From contig OZ260667.1 in assembly GCA_965285935.1 (NCBI GenBank), positions 42,222,001-42,286,000 of the forward strand: a stretch of DNA of 64,000 nt. The letters are read 5' to 3'. This DNA is from Ophelia neglecta (lineage: Eukaryota). How positions within the stretch are numbered: the stretch's first letter is position 1; the number at the start of each line of letters is the position of its first letter. The notes below the pieces were generated by a model, which made no database searches, was not told the DNA's origin, and saw nothing but the letters and a program-made list of their open reading frames with translations. Below are positions 13,287-23,200 of the stretch, piece by piece. Position numbers and translations under genes: made by a program.

Positions 13287-14990
13287 CCACTGCAACATTG
13301 CAAAAAACTGTCAAATAATGTACTCCTGTCTTTCAGTGTACAGGAGAGCATTCGGTTTTTCAATGAACGCGGAGGCAAAGTATTTGCTGCATTTCTTGAT
13401 ATAGAAAAAGCTTTTGATCGAGTATGGTGGGACGGTCTACTACTCAAGCTGTTTAAGCTTGGGATTCGCGGCTGGCTGTGGAGATTGATCAGGGAATGGC
13501 TTGATGGCTCAAGTTCGTGTGTTTGGGTAAGCGGAGAATATTCTGACTACTTCCCAGTCACACGTAGCATTAAACAGGGTGGAGTATTATCAACATTGTT
13601 TATGGCTATAGCCTACTACGATTTACATGAAACGATGACACAAACAGGAGACGGACTCCAAGTCAGAGGAGTGGACGTTGGAACTCCTACACTGGCAGAT
13701 GACACTGCACTCCTCTCTGCTACACATGACGGCCTTCAAAGGATGCTGGATATGGCCGGAGAATATAGCCGTAAATGGAGGTTAATTTTCTCGCCATCAA
13801 AAAGTCAAGTCGTTGTATTTGGAGAAAGCACTGCTCAACATAGAAAAAACAAAGAAAATCGCCAATGGTATCTTAATGGCAAACCCATTGAAGAAGTTTT
13901 TAGACTTACCCATGTTGGAATAGAACTGTCGGCAAATTTTGTCTCTAGTTCTCGGACAGATTCAATGTGTAAAAAGGGTAGGCAGTTATTTGGGGGGCTG
14001 TCTGGCATTGGTGTCGTCAATAACCGGCTTAACCCATTAACGTCGTCGAAGGTGTGGACACAAATATGTCTCCCTTCGATGTTACATGGCGCTGAAATCT
14101 GGAATGACCTGTCGATATCAGAGAACAGCCAACTGGAAGTTGTCCATCGGAAAGCAGCGAAATCCATACAAGGTTTCTTACCACGGACGCACACAGAGAT
14201 TGCTTTGTCAGCCATTGGCTGGACCTCTATCGAAGCGATCATAGACCAGAAAAAGCTCATGTTCATGCTAAAACTCGCCACACTTCCACAGACTCACCTA
14301 GCTGCGCCATTGTTTGAAATTCGACTCCAGAATTATGACTGCACCGATACCAAAGATAGTTGTAAAGGTTTCGTGCCCGATGTTATGAGAATTCTCCAAA
14401 AATATGATCTGCAGGAAAGTTGGTTGCAATTTTATTCCTCCCTAAGTTTCCCTACAAAACAAACGTGGAAGCAAATTGTAAAGGAGGCGATTGCATCCAA
14501 AGAGTCAGTCCAGCGAAATTCTGTTGCTATTTCAAAGCCTGGTTGCGCTATGTTTCAAAAAATACATCCGCATTTTATTGAAACTCCTTTTGTTTTGTAT
14601 GAGATTGCGAAGGTCAGTCCATCTTTACTTAATAATGTCATGAATCTGGTATATCTCTTCTCACTGTTTAATGATAATTTAGAAGTCTCGTGTGTATTGT
14701 GTGACGAGTATGTAATTAACCCGTTTGAACACATGTTTTGTGACGGAGGGTGCCTAGTCCTCACTGATTTGAGGAATATACTGTGGGAAGACATAGTAAA
14801 TTTACTAGGGCCGGCAGACTTTGTCATGCTGTATAATCTGTCAGACTCTCCACGGCTAGTCCCAGTCTTCCTTGGGAATGATGAAAGTTGTCAGATGGTA
14901 AATAGTTATGTTGACCTAGTCGAACTAGTCGTAACTACCTTCGGAAGATATGCCAAGGTAATGTTTTCATATTCGTATATACCAGATTGA
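13260..14990 (+). CDS. LINE ORF2 C-terminal part (reverse transcriptase plus CCHC-like zinc finger), 576 aa from the first ATG; the first ~9 codons come from flanking DNA
   Basis: RT motifs FLDIEKAFDRVW, SIKQGGVLS, PTLADD (LADD at 13692-13703), FSPSKSQVV and THVGI are present. Downstream are PSMLHGAEIW, LSAIGWTSIE and CVLC-x9-H-MFCDGGC (14691-14753). There are no stops or frameshifts. The track starts the ORF at TTG 13128; the first in-frame ATG is at 13260 (AACATGG). Confidence 0.88.
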   Translation: MAKPTTTYHPLQHCKKLSNNVLLSFSVQESIRFFNERGGKVFAAFLDIEKAFDRVWWDGLLLKLFKLGIRGWLWRLIREWLDGSSSCVWVSGEYSDYFPVTRSIKQGGVLSTLFMAIAYYDLHETMTQTGDGLQVRGVDVGTPTLADDTALLSATHDGLQRMLDMAGEYSRKWRLIFSPSKSQVVVFGESTAQHRKNKENRQWYLNGKPIEEVFRLTHVGIELSANFVSSSRTDSMCKKGRQLFGGLSGIGVVNNRLNPLTSSKVWTQICLPSMLHGAEIWNDLSISENSQLEVVHRKAAKSIQGFLPRTHTEIALSAIGWTSIEAIIDQKKLMFMLKLATLPQTHLAAPLFEIRLQNYDCTDTKDSCKGFVPDVMRILQKYDLQESWLQFYSSLSFPTKQTWKQIVKEAIASKESVQRNSVAISKPGCAMFQKIHPHFIETPFVLYEIAKVSPSLLNNVMNLVYLFSLFNDNLEVSCVLCDEYVINPFEHMFCDGGCLVLTDLRNILWEDIVNLLGPADFVMLYNLSDSPRLVPVFLGNDESCQMVNSYVDLVELVVTTFGRYAKVMFSYSYIPD

Positions 14991-15246
14991 TTGATTCGTA
15001 TATAGCAGATCTATTGAATTGTAACGCTATGAATGCCACTATGTCTGTTGAATGTAATTATCTTTGAATTGTAACGCTTTGAATGCCACTATATCTGTTG
15101 AATGTATTTATCTTTGAATGTCATAATGTCTACGGAATATATCCTTAAATTGATAAGTTGCTGAATATTGTGCCCGCTGAATTGTATATATGTTTACTAT
15201 ATGTAGCTCTGATTTAGTTCAGGAGAATAAACTTATAATAATTATA
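13287..15246 (+). mobile_element. 5'-truncated non-LTR retrotransposon (LINE), RTE/RTEX-like; recent insertion
   Basis: It lies exactly between two identical 128-bp direct repeats. It carries RT and C-terminal zinc-finger coding sequence, a ~255-bp 3' UTR, a short hairpin then AATAAA (15226-15231), and an (ATT/TAA)-type tail (15232-15246). The APE endonuclease and N-terminal RT motifs are absent. Clade assignment is from motif recognition only. Confidence 0.92.
15014..15120 (+). repeat. Tandem repeat in the LINE 3' UTR (50-bp period, about 2.1 copies)
   Basis: TTGAATTGTAACGCT(A/T)TGAATGCCACTAT(G/A)TCTGTTGAATGTA(A/T)TTATCT occurs at 15014 and 15064. A 17-bp unit ATTCGTATATA(C/G)CAGAT also occurs at 14971 and 14994, on either side of the stop codon. 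Confidence 0.9.
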
Positions 15247-15374
15247 ATTACTACGTAGCATTTTACAAACGGAAGCAAGTGCTCACACCATTAAAAAATA
15301 GCAAGAAAGTTTTTTTTTTCGTTTTAACCAATACATTGTATTTTAACATGGCAAAACCAACAACAACATATCAT
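15247..15374 (+). repeat. Right copy of 128-bp target-site duplication
   Basis: It starts immediately after the LINE tail and is identical to 13159-13286. Confidence 0.95.
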
Positions 15375-18300
15375 ATTACAATTTGCATTTTTTAGCTGGT
15401 CAGGAATCAAATTCGATCCATTTGGTGACCCCAAAAATACAGGGACCCAATTCTGCCCATCAAACGAAATACTTATTAATCACCTTCGAAATTGCCATAA
15501 CATTCCTGTAGCTCTGCTGCAAGAGAATGTTTCCTGGGAAACTGTTCGAGTCAAATTTCCAGTTTGTAGTTGCTTTGGAAGCACAGGCCGAAGACTTCCG
15601 ATGTTAAACTTAGTGGTATTCCCAGAAGCCGACAAAAGTTGAGGTTGCATGATGGATTGCCCGAACACTTAAGAGGACAAAAAGGCGGTTGAAATAATTT
15701 CTGAAAGGGCACAAGCGAATACTATCTAGAATAAAATGATTGATTGCATAATAACCCATTCATATCACGATTTGTTGTCGGGTCTCGTGTGAATCAATTT
15801 TTTTAAGAAACAATTTTGAGAAAACCATTCCCATGTTTTTTCGCCACCGCGATCGAGTAGCATTTAGACAAAAACCTACTGTAGGTGGTTTTCCCTAGAA
15901 TACATTCTTCTTAAAAAGATCCCAGATAAGTATAGATCGCTTTTGCCATGTGTGTCGTCTTATTCTATTCAAGCGAATAATTATTCCGTTTTAGCATCTA
16001 CTCAGTCAAACCAAGTTTTGCTTGTTTTTCGAGACTAATTTTTATTTTCACCCTTCTACCAGCCCGAGTATACTTGCCCAAAATAAAACTTCTGTTGAGC
16101 ATTTGTTCAGCCATTGTTCATCGTGAATTCTTGCGTCAGTTTTTCATAACATCGCCTTCTAAAAATGTTTAACAATTTATAAACAATTCTCAATTGGGTA
16201 AAATCTGGTTTTAGCCTATGTATGACTCGGTCGGAGTACCGGAATACTTCTATACCACTAGGCAATGGTTCAATAAATATGTAGCTTCTTTTTTTCCATC
16301 GTAGCCTAGTTGACAGTACTTGTTCTGGTCATAATAAATCGGATCTGCCAAAAAAGCATTCTTTTTCGAAGGCAATGTAATTTGAATGGACTCGTATGTT
16401 GGTCCTTTCCATGTTTTATGGATACACAAAAGTGAGAATCGAGAAAAAATGTTTATTTGCTTCACTGAGACAACGATAATGACGACTTCATAACACATTG
16501 ATGAATTGCATAATTTAATGTGTAAATGTTGAAAATATTCACAGGAATGAAAATATGAACCATGATACTGGTAATAATCGTTAATATTATGTATGAATGG
16601 AATCAATAATTATAATTTGTCATCACTTGCAATTTGATAGTTTACCGCGGTAAGAGTCAACGTTTACCATGACGCTAGTCGAACCAAAAAACAAGCGAGA
16701 CAGTGGTCAAGGTTTAATGATGAAGATTTAATTATGTCCAAGGACAGGTTTGATAGAGTAGGCCTTGTTGTACAAGTATTCCTTCATAGTTTATTTAATG
16801 TGTTTTACACAAATTTTTAACCATAATGATGACAGCCTTTTTGTATGATGGCCTTTGACGGTATTGGACATTAAGAGAGTTTATTTTTTATGTTTTTTAC
16901 ATCGTATGGTATTTCGATTTATGTAACGGTGCCAATTTTATATATACATAAGGTTTTTGGGGATAATTGTTAATTATAAATGTCTGTCTACAAATGAAAT
17001 AATCCCATGAACATAGCGTTGTCCTCAATTTATCAAATTGTTGCTGTTATCAACAGAAAGGGTGCCAGTCATGCTTTTATTGAGAATAAATGTGTACATC
17101 TTCATCAAATTCTCGACAATATATGATTATCTGCTCCTTATTAAATGTTCAATGTGCGTGTGACGATGTTCCGCATTTTAAATGATAAAGAATTCACCTG
17201 CAAAGGTTGCGATGACACTATATGGGGAAAAGACCACAGTCTGAAACTGTCGTCACTATTCGTCGGTCGTTGTCATGTCATTCATCAATTGTAGCTAGCT
17301 AAATTGGGTGATGTGTGCTCGCTGGTAAATTTAGAAACGTTTAGAGTTCCCATGTGGAGTCTTCGTCGATTCCATCTGGTCGCGTGCTGCTCATGAATTG
17401 TTAACCACACACAAAGAAGTGAAATAGAACTATTGTGGTTTAAATGTTCGACTTTATGTCGGAAGAGGCTGCTTGGATGTCATATTACATGTCAATGAAA
17501 ACTATTCTGTCTAAACACACCATAGTAGTCTATTTAAAACGTAACCATATAATTGAAAATGATGACATGAATTCCAATAACCTGATTTGTTTATTTCCAT
17601 TTCGAGAAAATGTTAAGGCCTTAATTTAACAGCATGATTTAATACGTTGAATCTGTAATTTCACTGTCGGTTGTCCAAGTAGGCGACTAGACCCAATTCA
17701 ATGCCAGACAGGCTCCTTCATTAGAGCAATTTAAAATCATTTATAACTGCAATCTGCTTTAACAGCTTTCTACATAGAGACATGTCTGAAACGCATCCCC
17801 TGTTTTAGGACTTAAGGGGCGTGATAAAATTGTATTTTGACTGGTTTAAACTGATATATGAATGTCAGGATCACAGGTTATTAGAAAATCTGACTCTGCC
17901 CCTCCAATTAGAGATGTTTAAAGCTTTTCCTTCAGACGTGATGAAAACAAATTTGATCTGCAATGCCCTTATAACTTGTAAAATTTCGCTTGATGTTAGA
18001 GCATGCCTGTCCTATGAAGAGCATTTGCGAAATGAATTCCCTAACCCAGTACTCTTATCCCGCGACTTTAGTTGATGCCTAAAATTTATTTTACATTTAA
18101 ATACTTTTGGTTGGTATGCTTTGAAACTTCTGCAAACAAGTCAATTTCTGCAAAAGCAACTGAATGAGCTGTGTCGGAAATAGTAATGAATCGATGGTCT
18201 CTCACCATATCCCATCCATAAGACAAAGCATCCTGTCAGGGCTAGAGTGCCTCACCATAGGTATAGTCAAATAAACTCGGTCTGTGGCATATTCTGGCAG

Positions 18301-20258
18301 TGAGTTAGTGATGCCAATGGTTTAACATTTGTCTTGTGTGTTTACAATCATGCTTTATCAATCCCGATGCCACTGTTATTTCTTGATAGCATTGCTTCCC
18401 TACGATTCCGAACCGACCAAAAAAGGAATTTTCCTAAGTAACACTTTTGCATTGTCTGTAGGTTTCTAGTAGAGGTTCTCCCGCGAAAGGAGCCAGATTT
18501 ATTATGCAAAATGAAAAATCAAAGCAAAAACAAAATTCCTGAAACACAAACAAGGTTGGTAGGGGTTTGCTACATGATAATACACGACACTTTTTAATGG
18601 CATTTGTGAGAAACAAAACGTGTACACTACGACTGGTTTCCTGCTTGCCTTCCTTTTAAGAATTTGTTTGCTCCACAACTTTCGCACTTGCAGCCATGGC
18701 CTTCAACCTTGTCCCATAATTACAAAGTTTAACATTTTTTGTTTTCTTTTGAACTGGTAGTCCATAGCAATTTTTGACAATTATATGTTCGGTAGTTGAC
18801 GTTTGCTTCATGATATTACTTGGTGGTGGACGACTTCAAGTTTATATTTTAGAAGAATTGCCACCTTAACCTGTTCTTCTTTATTGCCACGACCTTTGTT
18901 TGACCTAATTACACACATACCCGGCGTTTGTGTGTCAAAGCAGATACCAGTTTTATAAAGTTAACGTCCCGTAATTGTTATGAGAACTTGATGTAGGCTA
19001 GTGTATCATCTGGCGTGTTTCTTCCTCTGTCTGCCCCGATTATTTGCTCAATACGGTTATAACAAATGTTCAATTTTACACAGAATTTGGACGTTGTGGC
19101 TGATGGTGTCTACATGCCGGTTGTGAAAAATAAGTAGTTATATTCAGTTTTGAAATTTATTGAGTATCATTTGTCTTCGTTGTGCTTACAAAATGGAGTT
19201 GCGAAAGGTTTTCTTTCGATGATAGGAAACACGCTGGGCTAGAATTTGCTCATTTAGAAAAGTTTAATACATGCAGTCTCCAAGGGTTTAAGGTGGAACA
19301 AGATCAGCTGGATCTCGCTTGCTCTCGCTACTGGCTCTATTGAACTTTATGCCCACGTCTTTTATAACATCTCGGGACTTGTCATTATGTGCAAATTGTG
19401 AAATTGTTCGAACGCATTATGAACAGGGATTAAACAAAATAAATAAAACACGTATAAAATGTCATGATAGTTGCTTGCATCCATAAAACAATTCTATTAA
19501 GCCCTTTTAACATACAAGTTTAAAATTGGGAACACTACGGTTGCACACTCCTAGAATAACACAGTAATTTATTACCAATGATACACGTCTATCATCAGGA
19601 ATGGCACACAGATAGCCTTCCATGACTATAATCTGACAAAAGATTTATTCCAAATATCTATAATGCAGCGTAGTTTATGGAATCGTATCATTAATAGAAA
19701 ATCGATCTGCTACTCTACCATAGTACTTGATCTGACGGAGCATAGACTCAAGCCACGATTTAAGATATTAGACGAGCAGAGAATGGCAAAATGGGGCTTA
19801 TTCTAGAATTTGAAAGCTCCGGCGGTATGCACAGTTGAATTATGTATCAATTTGAAGCTTGGGAATTCGACTTTCAAAATTAGCCGATTGTAAAGAAATC
19901 GCAGTTCCATTGTTGCAGATCAGGGAAACAAAAAATCACTGTTATTGGCCGGACTTAAATAATATTTGATTTTTCATTGTCCACATAAGTTATATTTACC
20001 TGAAAAACATGGCCACCATTCAAAAAATAGACTTGAATTGCTGTGGTTACACTCTCTATACAGAAAAAAATGACAGATAATAGGAGCAAAAAACCGTTGG
20101 CTAGCCTTATGAGGATCTAAATGTCTCACCATTATGATATTCTATCAATTTCAGTACAAGACCGAAGTCCAATAAAACATTTTATTGCTCAAATGTGTGG
20201 CTTAGATATATAACCCGTACCTCATGGTTTTCGAAATTAGATATCGTCGAACCTACAA

Positions 20259-20281
20259 CCCCCCCCCCCCCCCCCCCCCCC
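20259..20281. repeat. C23 homopolymer (G-quadruplex potential on the - strand)
   Basis: 23 consecutive C. Confidence 0.9.
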
Positions 20282-23200
20282 GCTATTAATACATCCATAT
20301 ATCCTTTAATGCTACAATTGTGGGAAATTGGTTAAATGACATCTCATTTCATCTATCTAATACTTTCAGTTGTAACACAGTTGATTTAATTTAAGATAAC
20401 ACATCAAAATGAGACTCATTAAAGGTTGGCCATATTAATAACACTATGCCTGTTATCAGGGCAACGGGCCAACACAAAGCAACGAAATCTTAAGTGACCA
20501 TTGACTACTACGCTTTGACACTAGTCTTAATACTAAGCCCTGACATGCGAGCCGCAGATAGATTGGCATTTGTTTATGTTCAACTGCGGTTGCCTCATTT
20601 TTTATTAATATAGCGTTACCATGGAAACGGACATCTGGGAACATTGGGAACCAATATAAGCATAAAGGTCATGACACCCGCTATCCATCGTTATCAACAA
20701 ACAATTTTCCTTTGGGGGTACCATAAACCACTTTCCATTCCTCCTACAGAAATTGCCTCCTGAACGTTTAAACCACAAGCATGAGAATAATTAGCATGCT
20801 CAAATAGGTAAAATGGCTGAAAGACACCCTGAGTTACTAAGGTCGAAGTTCGACCCTGTCGCATCCATATACGTCTTTTCAATGGCTGAAAGCTATATGT
20901 TTGAGCTTATCTTAGCAAGAAAATCATTTCACCCCCATGGCACCCCGGCTAATTCCAATCGAGGATGTTTTAGAACACATGGAGTAATCAGATTGCACGA
21001 GACTTATCAACCTTGTCAACACGACTGGAGGAAATTTTTAAAAAAGTTTGTTTTCTTGGTCAAAGACATAGCTGTTCAACCACGAACACATTACAATGTA
21101 TCCGACATACACCTGTGGCCATTAGGGCCGGCAAGATTAATGATCCTGACGTCCACCTCTTATATATTTCTATAATTATGAACTCATCAAGGTATTCCCT
21201 TTTCGACTCCTCGGACGGTTTAGCATTCCAGATGTACATTGCATAATTGTCAGGCCATATGTGTTACATGAAAATATGATCATTGGTGTTAAGTGACGTT
21301 TCTTCGCGGCTGATGCTAGCATTATAAACGGAAGAAACTATTACACTCAAATCATTCTCGGATGAAAATGGTTTCCACGAGTGTATAAATCACATTGCCA
21401 GTGGTTGAAGAGCGAAACACTTTGTTATTTGTTCTTCCTACATGAAAAGTGAGTTGGAATGTTGTTGTTCTGATATTTTTTATATTGTGCAACGAAGTCC
21501 CGCTTCTGTCCACATTTATGGCATATTAAATGTCATCCAGCTTTAAGCTTGCTATTTATTTACACAGCATATTACCTCCTTAAGGTTTGAACAAATATTT
21601 CCCTGACGCGTGTCCATACTTTTCTATGCCTGCTTTCCTTCCACGGTACTATTCTATTTGTATAGGGGGGAAACACCAATTTACCCTCTAATGTCAGTTC
21701 ATCTTATTGATGTGTTCATATCTGCTATATACAGTCAGTCCAATTGATACAATCATTGATATCAGAAAAGTATCCCAGTGAATGATATCTCTTCACTTTC
21801 CATTCGATTACAGCTCACTTTATTCTTACAGCAAGCATCTAAATGCAACTAAGGAAAGGCAGATCAAAGTGCAAGCTCTTGTCCCTACCTGCTCTGTCCT
21901 ACAGATAATAATACGTTTATAAGATATAATATCATTCATACTCCTACATCTTAAATTAGCTCCCATTTGAATACGAAAAGTACCAACGGTGGCTTGGTAA
22001 ATGGTTTTGAATTTGCAAAGTTTGGATCAGGGTGGCACCCTTGATATTCTTAAGCATGTGCCAGGTTATTTTGGAGGTATCACTCAAACTGATAACTGGA
22101 CATGTCTTGTAAAGATAAGATTAACTCGATGGAGAGGTTTTATATCTATTATTTTCCATTATTTTCATATGATCTCGGTAAAAACGGAAATGGACAACCG
22201 CAGACAAAAACAAAAATAAAAGGTAGATGCTTTGAATATCTATCCGAAACCAAAGGGTACTATTAAGTCAATGTTGTTCATAAGCACCTAAGGAGTTAAT
22301 CTGAATTAATTTGAATATATTTGCCTCCGAAGAATATGGCCCTATGTTGCAATTCACAGCTCCTGAAATATGTTTGAAGCCACAAAAAGCCAACAAAAGA
22401 ACGTAGCGGTCAAACGCATTTTCGGTTAAATATGTTGAACTTAAAATTCATTGTTTATCTTGTCCTACCATAGGTAACGCGTGGATCGAAATTCCTTTGG
22501 TCCCTTGCCGCGCTTCATCGATTCGTTTCAAGTCTTCCATTGGGTAATACGCCAGATGAGAATCTATAATAGGTTGCTATGATCTCAGTATTCTAGGGTG
22601 CACTTATAGAAATCTTTTATTAAAGGTATCGAATAGAAGACAACACCCATGGGTTCTGATGGCCATGTCCCTAATCTCTCCCTCCGCATTTTTTAAAAAT
22701 ACATACTCCGATTCTTTGTCATATTGATTAGCCGTTTCTTATTTTGACCAAGGCCGAAGAACCATTTTTAAAATGCGCTTCAAATAATGCCACGATTTGA
22801 TCAAATTTACCAAAGTGTTTTGTTTCAACACAAAGCGTGGTTTTACACAATTCAACGATGGGTAGATAATTGTAGTAAGTTTCCATATCGTTTTCACTAT
22901 TTATTTTGGAAAGTATTTGCCCTATTTTCCTACCGGAGAGCCTACATTTGTGTCTTTAGGGCATGAACAGTATAAGAACATCTAATTCGGAGCTTGCATC
23001 TTGCATTGCATTGCTGTGACTTGGTTGCTCCCATCGGCCACAGAATCAATATTGCTTTATGTATTTTTGAATAAAGGCACCGTTTGATGGATCGAATGAT
23101 ATAAGCACGAAGGGACACCTTACTTTAACAAATCGGAGATATTATTGAAACTTGCGAAAGGGTCTGGGAATAGAAGAATATTCTCTCATAAATGTTATCG

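Noticed and set aside
13835-14827. Minus-strand ORFs of 148 aa and 90 aa
   Set aside because: They are antisense shadows of the RT ORF.
13128-14990. Bacterial RT system (retron, DGR, group II intron)
   Set aside because: The context is gene-poor eukaryote-like DNA, the motifs and C-terminal zinc finger are LINE-type, and there is no operon or A-specific variable repeat (the two repeats are identical).
13159-15374. LTR retrotransposon or LTR-flanked RT (direct repeats around an RT)
   Set aside because: The repeats lack TG...CA ends, PBS and PPT. The RT is non-LTR type with a polyA signal and simple tail, and there is no integrase or RNase H.
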